Part shown: positions 31,494 through 42,000 of the stretch, piece by piece
Position numbering within the stretch: the first letter of the stretch is position 1
Layout: each line of letters opens with the position of its first letter
Source of the DNA: Waterburya sp.
GTDB lineage: Bacteria > Cyanobacteriota > Cyanobacteriia > Cyanobacteriales > Xenococcaceae
Assembly (NCBI GenBank): GCA_965217895.1
Contig: CBDCJV010000002.1
Coordinates: forward strand, 5,024,001 to 5,088,000
Length of the DNA stretch: 64,000 nucleotides
Reading direction: 5' to 3'
Translations under genes and position numbers: made by a program
The notes under the pieces: model-generated
What the model was told of the DNA's origin: nothing
What the model saw: the letters and a program-made list of their open reading frames with translations, nothing else
The model's database searches: none

Positions 31494-32755
31494 ATTTTCG
31501 ATCCTAAAAGTTCTGGTTGTATCTGATTAAGTTGGGCTAAATATTGCTGTTCTAGCTGTCTTGCTACGCCATCCCAGCTAAACATAGTCTCGACTCTTTT
31601 TCTGGCATCTTTTTCTAGCTGTCTACTCCAGGCAGGATAAGATAGTACATGATTAATTGCTTCTGCAAAAGCAAGCTCATCCTGGGGTGGTACAAGTAGA
31701 CCAGTCAACTCATTGACGACCGTGAATTTTAGCCCGCCCACATCCGAGGCAACAACTGGCGTGCTACAGGCCATCGCTTCTATCGCCACCAAACCAAATG
31801 GTTCGTAATGGCTGGGGACAACACAAACATCTGCTGCTGCATAATAATAAGTCAAGTCTGCGTGTTCGGTACGTCCTGCAAAGGTAGTTATTGCTTCTAA
31901 TTCTAATTCTCGAACGATATTTTCAATTCGTTCTTTTTCTTTGCCATCTTTTCTGCCAGGAGTACTGCCACCAACAATAATTAATTTTAAATTGGGATGT
32001 TGTTTTACTTGGTTACAACCTACCGCTCTGACTAAGGTTTCTATGCCTTTGCGATGATCGAATCGTCCTACGTACAAAACAATTTGGGCTTCTGGTTCGA
32101 TCTCTAATTTTGCTCTACTTTCTAGCCGAGATACACTGCCAAAACGCTCGATATCAGTTCCACAGGGAATCACGGTAATGTTTCCTTTTGGTGATACTAA
32201 TCGCATATCTTCTTGCTCTTGGGGCGAAGTGGCAATGATCATATCAGCAGTTTCTAAGCACTGTTTTTCTATTTCTAAACGGGTTTTGGATATTTGCGGT
32301 ATATTTTTAATCGCTTTATATTTAACCGCACCCAATGAATGATATGTATGCAAGAGCTTACTCGACTGGCGTTTTTTTAGCTCCATTCCCACCCAAGCAG
32401 AAAGCCAGTAGTTGGTGTGAATAAGGGGATAAATAGTATCTTGCTGTGCTTGAAACTCTAAAAAAGCTGTGACAAACTCTGGTAGATGCTGAAAAATTGC
32501 TTGTCTTTTAATAAATTTTTTTGCTCCTGCAACTAGACGAATTGTGCGACAGTTCGGACTATGTTCCACAATTGCTGCTTGCTCTTGGCTACTGCGACGG
32601 GTAAACATATCTACTTGCCAACCCAAACGGGCTAGTGCTTCTCCTACCTTTTTGACATATACATTTTGCCCCCCTGCTTCTTCTTCTCCTATGTCAATAG
32701 CAGGATCGCCGTGAACTGAAATGAGAGCTATTTTTTTTTTGTTGTTAGGAAGCAT
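31490..32755 (-). CDS. GT4 glycosyltransferase, probable single-domain sucrose-phosphate synthase (Anabaena SpsA/SpsB type)
   Basis: IALISVHGDPAIDIGEEEAGGQNVYV, HTNYWLS, HTYHSLG, EPFGLVAIE. Confidence 0.75.
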   Translation of the reverse strand: MLPNNKKKIALISVHGDPAIDIGEEEAGGQNVYVKKVGEALARLGWQVDMFTRRSSQEQAAIVEHSPNCRTIRLVAGAKKFIKRQAIFQHLPEFVTAFLEFQAQQDTIYPLIHTNYWLSAWVGMELKKRQSSKLLHTYHSLGAVKYKAIKNIPQISKTRLEIEKQCLETADMIIATSPQEQEDMRLVSPKGNITVIPCGTDIERFGSVSRLESRAKLEIEPEAQIVLYVGRFDHRKGIETLVRAVGCNQVKQHPNLKLIIVGGSTPGRKDGKEKERIENIVRELELEAITTFAGRTEHADLTYYYAAADVCVVPSHYEPFGLVAIEAMACSTPVVASDVGGLKFTVVNELTGLLVPPQDELAFAEAINHVLSYPAWSRQLEKDARKRVETMFSWDGVARQLEQQYLAQLNQIQPELLGSKI

Positions 32756-33263
32756 AACCTTGGCACTATTATATGAACTGTTTCAATAATTGGTATGTTA
32801 AAATAACAGCCTGGTCAGGGCAAAAAAGATATCATATCTGCAAAAATTAGACTCAACAACAAATGTGCTGTGCAAATATTATTGGAGATTTTGCTTTCTT
32901 TGCGTTTAATAGCATTAGATTTTTATTGCTTAGATAAAACTGTTATTCTTTAAAGTTATTAATATTTGTCTGACCATACATCTTTCCCTGGTCGTACTTT
33001 GATTTACTAAATCTAATATTTAGTATTAGGATAACTAACAAAAAAACTAGAGCTTACCCTACAAAAGTTAGATGTGTGTTTTTTTTCCTCGAGCTAAGAT
33101 ATGCAAAAATACATAAACAAAAGAGGAACGAGGGTAAATATAAATAATAGACAGCAAAAAACCCGCCTCGCATTTGTTTATTACTTAAGATTGCCAGACC
33201 ATAGGCAAAATTATATTGAAAAAAATCAGAATTAGTTTCAAACAATAAATAAAATAATTATAT

Positions 33264-34124
33264 ATGAGATGGTTTTACGATCGCTTTTTGGAACTAATTA
33301 TCTATCCTAGTGTTTGGGTGGCTGCTGCGATCGCGTCTTTGGGAATATACACCCAAAAAATATTAGAATTGGGTTATGATTGGCAACCAATCGTTTTGAT
33401 TTTTGCTTCTGCTTTAATACCCTACAATTTAGACCGTATTTTCGACTCCCATATACAAGAAATACCTGATACTAAAACTCAGTTATTTTTTCGACAGCCT
33501 TATATTTGGATTTTATTATGTACGGCGATCGCTATTACGGTTATGCTATTGTACAATGCCCCTACGAATGTTGGCTTGGTTAGTACTGCAGGTATTGTTC
33601 CTTTACTTTACGGTACACCAATATTCCCTTGGAAGCGAAAGTCTAAATGGCAGTGGTATCGCCTCAAAGACATTCCTGGTTCAAAAGCTTGGATTGTTGG
33701 CGGTATCTTAACCTATGCAGTAGTTGCTTTACCAATAGCTTATGCAGGTTCACAATTCGATTCTATAGCAGCATTAGTTACTTTATTTTTGTTCGTTTTT
33801 ATTGTGACTAATTCTCATGCTTTTGATATTCGAGATATTCAATCCGATTTAAAAAAAGGTGTAGTTACTTTGCCCATCATGGCGGGAGTTAAAAACACAA
33901 AAATAATTTTGACGGTAATGAATATATCGACTTTGCTAATCATAATCACCTCATGGATAACAGGTATTATGGCTTACCATCCAGAGATGATTATAGCTAT
34001 AGCAGTTAATCTCATTTATATTTGGAAGATAAGCACAGATACTCCTCGTTGGGTTTATGGTATTTGGATTGAAGGGCTGTTATTTGTGCCGATATTAGGT
34101 AGTAGTCCGTCAAAATTGTTTTAA
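33264..34124 (+). CDS. UbiA family prenyltransferase
   Basis: Polytopic membrane protein with Asp-rich motifs YNLDRIFD and FDIRDIQSD...GVVTLP. Confidence 0.85.
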   Translation: MRWFYDRFLELIIYPSVWVAAAIASLGIYTQKILELGYDWQPIVLIFASALIPYNLDRIFDSHIQEIPDTKTQLFFRQPYIWILLCTAIAITVMLLYNAPTNVGLVSTAGIVPLLYGTPIFPWKRKSKWQWYRLKDIPGSKAWIVGGILTYAVVALPIAYAGSQFDSIAALVTLFLFVFIVTNSHAFDIRDIQSDLKKGVVTLPIMAGVKNTKIILTVMNISTLLIIITSWITGIMAYHPEMIIAIAVNLIYIWKISTDTPRWVYGIWIEGLLFVPILGSSPSKLF

Positions 34125-34178
34125 GGAGTAATTGAGGTAGTGGGGTGTTTGAGGTAGGGATTAATAGTTGCTAATTTT

Positions 34179-34772
34179 ATGAAAAATTTTCAAGTTGGAT
34201 TAATTTTATTAGCTGCGGGGGAGTCAAAAAGAATGGGAACGCCCAAGCAGTTATTATCTTACCAAGAACGTAGTTTGATTCGTCATGCTGCTAGAGAGGC
34301 AGTAGCTTCCAACTGTAATCCAATTGTGGTAGTTTTAGGGGCTTATAGCGATCGCATTTTCCCCGAATTAAATAATTTGCCAGTGCATATTTGCCAAAAT
34401 CCTGACTGGAAAATAGGTATGAGTTCCTCAATCTCCTTGGGCATAAAAACCTTAACCACAATTTATTCTGACATTTATGCGGTGGTTATTGCTTTAGCCG
34501 ATCAACCTTTTGTTACTGCCACAGTCTACAACAGGCTAATACAGCGTTATCTAGAGACTGGGCAAAAAGCAGTAGCTTCAATTTATGCTGATACTATTGG
34601 TGTGCCAGCTTTATTCGATCGCGCTCTTTTTCCAAAATTACATAGCATTGAAAAAAGAGGTGCCAAACAAATGCTAAATAATTATAGCGATCGCGCCTTG
34701 AATCTCAACGTACCTGAAGCTGCGATCGATATTGACACTCCTGCTGACTTTCAAAATCTATTAAATCTATGA
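34179..34772 (+). CDS. mocA: MocA-like nucleotidyltransferase (molybdenum cofactor cytidylyltransferase family)
   Basis: ILLAAGESKRMGTPKQLL, NPDWKIGMSSSI, LADQP, DIDTPAD. Confidence 0.8.
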   Translation: MKNFQVGLILLAAGESKRMGTPKQLLSYQERSLIRHAAREAVASNCNPIVVVLGAYSDRIFPELNNLPVHICQNPDWKIGMSSSISLGIKTLTTIYSDIYAVVIALADQPFVTATVYNRLIQRYLETGQKAVASIYADTIGVPALFDRALFPKLHSIEKRGAKQMLNNYSDRALNLNVPEAAIDIDTPADFQNLLNL

Positions 34773-34775
34773 TTT

Positions 34776-35210
34776 ATGACTAATACTTTAAAAAAGCGTC
34801 GCCAATATCAGCAAATAATATTATCTCACTCTAGAAACCCACGTCATCTCGGTCAAACCAACCCAATTCATCTGTGTCACAAAGGTGAAAACCCCTATTG
34901 TGGGGATGCTGTAGGAATAACCATTGCCTTAAATGGAGCGAAAAATATGATTGAAGACATTAAATTTCAGGGTTCTGGCTGTGCTTTGTGTATTGCCTCT
35001 GCCGATCTAATGGCGGAGACTGTCAAAGGAAAAACTATAGACGAAGTATTAGAAATAGTTAAGCAATTTCATCAGGTAATTTTAGGTCAAGCTGAATTAA
35101 CATCATCTTTACAGCATCTCAAAGCAATAGAAGGTGCTAAACGCTATCCAGTTAAGGCTAAATGTACGATTTTGGCTTGGCATACTTTAAAAGCAGCAAT
35201 TTCCGAGTAG
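34776..35210 (+). CDS. sufU: SufU/IscU-type Fe-S assembly protein
   Basis: NPYCGD, GSGCALCIASA, KCTILAWH; SufU-type insertion between the second and third Cys. Confidence 0.82.
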   Translation: MTNTLKKRRQYQQIILSHSRNPRHLGQTNPIHLCHKGENPYCGDAVGITIALNGAKNMIEDIKFQGSGCALCIASADLMAETVKGKTIDEVLEIVKQFHQVILGQAELTSSLQHLKAIEGAKRYPVKAKCTILAWHTLKAAISE

Positions 35211-35238
35211 ATCGATATTACCCATCGAGTTTATTCTC

Positions 35239-36057
35239 TTAAACAAAAACGCGGTGTTGCAAAGAAGGCATTTGTTGTCGTACCTGCTGTAAACGATAAG
35301 GATTGATTTCGGCTATGGCTACTCCTGGAGCATTGCCTGCATCCGCTAAGATTACTCCCCAAGGGTCGATAATCATAGCATGACCATGAGTGTAGCGACG
35401 TTCGTAATGGTTGCCTGTTTGGGCAGGGGCGATAACGTAGCAAGTATTTTCGATCGCTCTTGCCTGTAATAGTACCTGCCAGTGATCTTTGCCAGTAAAA
35501 GCGGTAAAGGCAGCAGGAATAAATAGTACGTCTGCTCCCTGATGGGATAAGTAGCGGTAAAATTCAGGAAAGCGAACATCGTAACAGATGGATAAACCCA
35601 GTTTTCCTAGCTGTGGAGAGTCATAAATCGGCGGAATTCTTTCCCCAGCCATAACGGTGCTAGATTCTTGATAAGTATTGCCATCAGGGACGTTAACATC
35701 AAACAGATGAACTTTCTGATAGTGAACAGCCTGTTGACCATCGGGGGTAACTAAAACCGCTGTATTATAGGCTTTTTCTGGGTTATCTGCTACGGGAACA
35801 GGGAAACCACCACCTAAAATTGTGATTTGAAACCTCTGCGCCATTTTTTTGAGAAACTGCTCGGATTTGACCGCAATTTCCTTTGCTTGAGCAACTTTGT
35901 CTACTTCTTGACCTAAGAAAGCAAAATTTTCTGGCAGGCTAACTAATTCTGCACCTTTACGAACTGCTAGCTCGATTAATTCTTCTGCCTCGACCAAGTT
36001 TTTGCCTAGGTCAGGTTTACTGGTCATTTGAACAGCGGCGGCAAGATATGACTTCAT
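35239..36057 (-). CDS. Carbon-nitrogen hydrolase (Nit1-like deaminated glutathione amidase)
   Basis: LPENF, YQKVHLFD, ICYDVRFPE catalytic triad; ARAIEN. Confidence 0.9.
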   Translation of the reverse strand: MKSYLAAAVQMTSKPDLGKNLVEAEELIELAVRKGAELVSLPENFAFLGQEVDKVAQAKEIAVKSEQFLKKMAQRFQITILGGGFPVPVADNPEKAYNTAVLVTPDGQQAVHYQKVHLFDVNVPDGNTYQESSTVMAGERIPPIYDSPQLGKLGLSICYDVRFPEFYRYLSHQGADVLFIPAAFTAFTGKDHWQVLLQARAIENTCYVIAPAQTGNHYERRYTHGHAMIIDPWGVILADAGNAPGVAIAEINPYRLQQVRQQMPSLQHRVFV

Positions 36058-36134
36058 GGAGAAACTTAATTTTTAGATAGTTGATTCTGAGATATGGCTC
36101 AAAGATTAAATTTAGAAACCGTATTTAACCCTAT

Positions 36135-36551
36135 TTATAAAGTAAATTCAGTAAATCCTTCTGGAAGCAATTCTTTAATAGTTAAATTTTGCCAGCCCTG
36201 ACTTCCCTGAAAAATAATCTCAGTCTGTTGTCCAAACTCCCAGATTACTTGACGACAAGCTCCACAAGGCGAGCAGGGTATATTTTGACTATTAGTTACG
36301 GCGATCGCTCTTATCTCTATTGTATCGCCTCCTTCGGCAATTATGGCATTAGCGATCGCATTTCTTTCGGCACACACGCCCAGTCCATAGGAAACGTTTT
36401 CTATATTGCAACCAGCATATATTTTGCCCGTAGTTGTTAAGAGTGCTGCCCCGACTCGAAACTGCGAATAAGGCGCATAGGCTTTGGTTAGTGCTTGAGT
36501 TGCAGCTTCGATCAACTGTTGTTCTGATTCACTTAAAGCAGATTTGTTCAT
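36135..36551 (-). CDS. cdd: Cytidine deaminase (tetrameric type)
   Basis: AYAPYSQFRVGAA, CAERNA, PCGACRQ. Confidence 0.95.
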   Translation of the reverse strand: MNKSALSESEQQLIEAATQALTKAYAPYSQFRVGAALLTTTGKIYAGCNIENVSYGLGVCAERNAIANAIIAEGGDTIEIRAIAVTNSQNIPCSPCGACRQVIWEFGQQTEIIFQGSQGWQNLTIKELLPEGFTEFTL

Positions 36552-36617
36552 TAAGTATAGTCATTCCAATTAATTTCCTTATGGTAGTTTTGTATTGATT
36601 GTCAGGTTGAATATTAT

Positions 36618-36645
36618 TTGCTACTTGCTATTTGCTACTTGCTAC
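36618..36645. repeat. Short tandem heptamer repeat (STRR-like)
   Basis: TTGCTA(C/T) four times. Confidence 0.7.
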
Positions 36646-36691
36646 TTTCTTCAAAGATAATCTGGTTGCTATTTAAAATGACTATAATTTT

Positions 36692-37783
36692 TTATTTCCC
36701 TACAGCAGAAGCAAGGTTTTGCTTAACTTCTGGTCTACCATCTCTAACCGCAGCAGCCAGAGAATGAAGCATTGTTTGGGTTGTTGACCAATTGACGCAG
36801 GCATCAGTAATGCTCTGACCATAAACCAGAGATGAGCGATCTTTAGATATGGGCTGACTACCTTCTACTAAATGGCTTTCAATCATGACTCCCACAACTT
36901 GAGGTGAACCTGTTTCAATTTGCTGAACAATATTATCTAAAACCGTAACCTGTTTGGTAAAATCTTTGCTGCTGTTGCCATGACTACAATCAATCATCAA
37001 ACGTGAATTCATTGCTTTCTTTTTCAAAGCATTACAGGCTGCTTCAATATCGCTGGCTTCGTAGTTGGGTTTTTTAGCACCACCTCTTAAGACTAGATGT
37101 CCATCGGGATTACCTGTAGTTTTGACTATACTAGCTAGACCATCTTGGTTGATACCCAAAAAGTGGTGAGATATCTTGGCAGTGAGCATAGCGTTAATGG
37201 CAGCAGTAAAGCTACCGTCTGTACCGTTTTTATAGCCGACGGGCATTGATAAGCCAGAAGCCATTTGACGATGAATTTGGCTTTCGGTAGTTCTCGCACC
37301 AATAGCCGTCCAGCAAATTAAATCAGCAATATACTGAGGCGTAATCGGATCTAATAGTTCTGTAGCAGCGGGTAAACCTATATCTGCTAAATCGATCAAT
37401 AGTTTTCTGGCGGTTCGTAAACCTGTATTAATATCGTAGCTGTTGTTTAAATGAGGGTCGTTAATTAATCCTTTCCAGCCTACGGTGGTGCGAGGTTTTT
37501 CAAAATAGACTCGCATTACAATTTCTAGGTGATCTTGCAGTTGCGATCGCAACTTGACCAAGTTCTCGCCATATTCTTTGGCTGCTGCAACGTCATGAAT
37601 AGAACAAGGGCCGACTACAACTAAAATTCTTTGGTCTTTGCCTTCTAATATATTACGAATACGATTTCGAGTTTGGGTTACTAGCCCGGCGGCTTTTGGT
37701 TGTAGAGGTAATTCGCTTTTGAGGAAGGCTGGGCTTAACAAAGGTCTGGTTTCAATAACGTGCAGGTCGCTGGTAATATCCAT
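36692..37783 (-). CDS. aroF: 3-deoxy-7-phosphoheptulonate (DAHP) synthase, class I-alpha
   Basis: GPCSIHD, KPRTTVGWKG, IGARTTESQ, DCSHGNS, SITDAC; the aroF/G/H isoform cannot be resolved. Confidence 0.9.
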   Translation of the reverse strand: MDITSDLHVIETRPLLSPAFLKSELPLQPKAAGLVTQTRNRIRNILEGKDQRILVVVGPCSIHDVAAAKEYGENLVKLRSQLQDHLEIVMRVYFEKPRTTVGWKGLINDPHLNNSYDINTGLRTARKLLIDLADIGLPAATELLDPITPQYIADLICWTAIGARTTESQIHRQMASGLSMPVGYKNGTDGSFTAAINAMLTAKISHHFLGINQDGLASIVKTTGNPDGHLVLRGGAKKPNYEASDIEAACNALKKKAMNSRLMIDCSHGNSSKDFTKQVTVLDNIVQQIETGSPQVVGVMIESHLVEGSQPISKDRSSLVYGQSITDACVNWSTTQTMLHSLAAAVRDGRPEVKQNLASAVGK

Positions 37784-37850
37784 ATTTTAAAATACTGCTT
37801 TTTTGAGAACTTCTTGAGGGAATAAACTGATAACCATTTAATCAGTAATC

Positions 37851-37882
37851 AGTTAAAGGCGATTGACGAATCGCCTTTAACT
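37851..37882. repeat. Perfect 14-bp inverted repeat (REP-like)
   Basis: AGTTAAAGGCGATT-GACG-AATCGCCTTTAACT. Confidence 0.75.
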
Positions 37883-38021
37883 ATTTTGACATCTTTACTA
37901 GTTTCTTGTAATTTCGGCTATAGTTTACAATTTTTTTAGATTAAGTCTTGCTGCAAATAAAAAAACAACAGTTATCCTGTTAAAGATATAAATTAATCAT
38001 ATTTACTTAAAGCTGACTTTT

Positions 38022-39014
38022 ATGGGCATTCATATTGTTACTGGTGTTGCAGGATTTATTGGTTCTCACTTAGCAGAAGCTTTATTACAACAAGGTTTGG
38101 AAGTGATTGGCATCGATCAATTTAATGATTATTATGATTGCCAGTTAAAACAAGACAATCTGATTAACCTTGAAGCAAATGCTCGTTTTAAGCTAATCAA
38201 AGCTAATATTCAAGATCTAGATTGGCAGCAACTTTTACAGCAGGTAGATATAGTTTATCATCAAGCGGCACAGGCAGGAGTTAGAACTAGTTGGGGAGAA
38301 GGATTTGGGCAATATACAGCCAGAAATATTAATGCTACTCAAGTAATTTTAGAAGCAGCGAAACAAGCCAAATCTTTAAAGAGAATAGTTTACGCTTCAA
38401 GCTCATCAATTTATGGTGACGCAGCAACTATGCCAACTCCCGAAACTCTTTGTCCTCAACCAGTTTCTCCCTATGGCATTACGAAGCTAGCAGGAGAACA
38501 GCTATGCTGGCTTTATCATCAGAATTTTGATGTACCTGTTACTGCTTTACGTTACTTTACTGTATACGGACCGCGCCAGCGACCAGATATGGCTTTTCAT
38601 AAATTTTTTAAAGCAGCAATAAACCACGAAGCTATTGATATTTATGGTGATGGACAACAAACCAGAGACTATACCTATGTCAGTGATATTGTGGCAGCTA
38701 ATCTGGCTGCGGGAGAAATGCCAAAAGCTATAGGGGAAGTGTTTAATATTGGTGGCGGTAGCCGAGTAACTTTAATTAAGCTACTAACCATGATGGAGCA
38801 AGTAATGGGGCGGTCAATTCGTAAAAGATATATTGAGCAAGCAGCAGGGGATGCCCGCCATACCAGTGCTGATATCGCCAAAGCCAAAGAAATATTAGGT
38901 TATAAACCTCAAGTTTCTTTGATGACAGGTTTGATCGAGCAATGGCAATGGATTCAACCTCTGTATCAACCTTTGGACTTCCAGGCAGAAAGACTTGCAT
39001 CTACGAATAATTAA
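38022..39014 (+). CDS. NAD-dependent nucleotide-sugar epimerase/dehydratase
   Basis: TGVAGFIG, HQAAQAGVR, YGITK, YFTVYGPRQRPDMA. Confidence 0.92.
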   Translation: MGIHIVTGVAGFIGSHLAEALLQQGLEVIGIDQFNDYYDCQLKQDNLINLEANARFKLIKANIQDLDWQQLLQQVDIVYHQAAQAGVRTSWGEGFGQYTARNINATQVILEAAKQAKSLKRIVYASSSSIYGDAATMPTPETLCPQPVSPYGITKLAGEQLCWLYHQNFDVPVTALRYFTVYGPRQRPDMAFHKFFKAAINHEAIDIYGDGQQTRDYTYVSDIVAANLAAGEMPKAIGEVFNIGGGSRVTLIKLLTMMEQVMGRSIRKRYIEQAAGDARHTSADIAKAKEILGYKPQVSLMTGLIEQWQWIQPLYQPLDFQAERLASTNN

Positions 39015-39026
39015 ATCAGCAATGAT

Positions 39027-42000
39027 ATGACATTTAACGAAGATACTAGAGTTAAAATTCCAACCATCCTGCATTTGAACCGTTTAGGCTACACCTACTT
39101 GTCATTAAAAAGCAATCCTAAACGGGATGAAGAAACTAATATATTTACAGATCTATTTAAAAAAAGCGTTGCAGATATAAATGAAGGGATTGAAAATCGC
39201 GATCTTGATAATCTGATTAAGGATATAAAGCTATCGTTGGATAACGAAGATTTAGGTAAAGCCTTTTATCAAATGCTTGTGGAGAAATCGGGCATTAAAC
39301 TTATTGATTTCAAAGACTTTTCCAGAAATCAATTTCAGGTTGTGACTGAGTTGACCTACAAAAATGGTGATGAGGAATTTAGACCAGATATTACTTTGTT
39401 AATCAATGGTATGCCATTGGTGTTTATCGAGGTGAAGAAACCCAATAATAGAGAAGGTGTTTTAGCAGAGCGCGATCGCCTTAATCAGCGCCTTCGATCG
39501 GCTAAGTTTCGTCGCTTTATTAATATTACTCAGTTGATGGTTTTTTCTAACAACATGGAATATGACGATGATTCACAGCACCCCATAGAAGGAGCATTCT
39601 ATGCTTCAGCTTCTTATCATCAGCCGATTTTTAATTACTTTCGAGAAGAAAAACAACTTAATTTATCTGACTTACTAGCACCAGAAGATGAGCGGCGAGA
39701 AAATGCCATTTTAAAAGATACTAATTGCAACATCATCAAACACAGTCCAGAGTTTATTACTAATAAAAATCCTGATGCACCAACTAACCGCATCTGCACT
39801 TCATTGTTTAGTAAAGACAGACTAGGGTTTTTACTGCAATATGCGATCGCCTATGTCAATGAAGCTGACGGTGTGGAAAAGCATATCATGCGCTATCCAC
39901 AGATTTTTGCTACCAAAGCGATCGCTAAAAAATTAGCTGAAGGTGTACGCAAGGGTATCATCTGGCACACTCAGGGTAGCGGTAAAACTGCCTTAGCTTA
40001 TTATAGTGTTCGGTTTTTAACAGATTATTTTAGTCAGCGATCGCTTATTCCTAAGTTTTATTTTATTGTTGACCGCTTGGACTTGCGAGATCAAGCACAT
40101 CGAGAGTTTACTGGTCGTGGCTTGATTGTTCATAGTATTAATTCGCGAGATGAATTTGCCCAAGATATCAAATCTACCAGCGTCATTCATAATAATTCAG
40201 GTAAGCCAGAAATTACCGTAGTTAATATCCAAAAGTTTAAAGACGATCCTGACGTTGTTCGTACCGATGATTACGATGTCAAGATTCAGCGTGTATATTT
40301 CCTGGATGAAGTGCATCGTAGCTATAACCCCAGGGGGAGTTTTTTAGCTAACCTGAGTCAATCTGACACAAACGCGATCAAAATAGGCTTAACAGGTACT
40401 CCCCTATTGGGTGATGATTACAATTCCAAAGCTTTGTTTGGTGATTATATTCACAAATACTATTACAACGCTTCCATTGCTGATGGTTATACTCTGCGCT
40501 TGATTCGTGAAGAAATTGCTACTAACTACAGGATGACATTGCAACAGGCTCTCGAAGAAGTAGAAGTCATGGAAGGGGATGTAAATAAAAAGCTTGTCTA
40601 TGCTCATCCTCGCTTTGTAGAGCCGATGCTTGATTATATTATCGCCGATTTTGAACGTAGTCGGGCTGTATTGAGCGATCGCACCATTGGCGGTATGGTT
40701 ATTTGTGATAGCTCAAATCAAGCTAAACAGATGTTTAAGATCTTCGAGGCAAAATACCAAGCTCAAGCTGATAACGAGACTGGACAAGCGGTTAATCATA
40801 ATTCACAACTAAAACAAAATAACAAAGTTAGAAACGCTGCCTTGATCTTGCATGATATTGGGACAAAAGAAGAGCGCAAACAAAAAGTAGAAGATTTCAA
40901 AGATGGCAAAATCGATTTCTTGTTTGTCTACAATATGCTGCTGACGGGGTTTGATGCTAAACGGTTGAAAAAGCTTTATCTTGGGCGTGTAATCAAAAAA
41001 CATAATCTCTTACAGGCTCTTACTCGTGTAAATCGTACCTATAAAGATTTTCGTTATGGCTATATTGTAGACTTTGCTGATATCCGTAAAGAGTTTGACG
41101 CTACTAATAGAGCCTACTTTGATGAGCTACAGGCAGAATTAGGAGATGAGATCGAACATTATTCTAATCTATTCAAATCCCAGGCTGAAATAGAAGCGGA
41201 AATCGAAAATCTCAAAGATGTTTTGTTCCGCTTTGATACTGATAATGCGGAAATTTTTTCACAGCAAATCAGTCAAATACAAGATCGCACCCAGGTACAG
41301 GCTATTAAAAAAGCTCTTGGTGATGGGAGAAGCTTGTATAACTTGATTCGAGGCTCTGGCTACTATGATTTACTAGAAAAGATTGATTTCCAAAAGCTTA
41401 ACTTGCTGTATCGAGAAACTAGTAATCACTTAGATTTGCTTAACCTGAAGGAAAATATTGCAAACAGTAATGACACTACCAACCTACTGAATTTAGCTTT
41501 GGAAGATGTCTTGTTTATGTTTACCAAAGTTAGCGAATCAGAACTGATTTTAGCAGACCAGCTTAAAAATACCTTGCGAAAGACACGGGAAGCATTAGCC
41601 AGTAACTTCGATCCTAGAGATCCTCAATTTATTAAGCTGCGAGAAGAATTAGAACGCTTGTTTAAAAAGAATAAATTGAGCGAAGTTAGTCAAGGCGAAA
41701 TGAATCAAAACATCGGTAGCCTCAATAAAATTCATGAGTCTATTAAAGAGCTTAACCGACAAAATAACCAGCTTAGAGCCAAATATCGAGGAGATATTAA
41801 ATATACTTGTATTCACAAGCGCATTCTAGAGCGTGGTAATATTTCCGAGCCAGAACGCCGTATCTATCAAGCCCTGAATGGTGTTAAAATTCAAGCCGAC
41901 GAGCAAGTGTTGCAGAATACCCAGATACTTAGTAACGAAAACTATTTCGTGCGCTTGATGATGCCAATTGTGATTAAACAGTTTATGCAGGAACAAAAAA

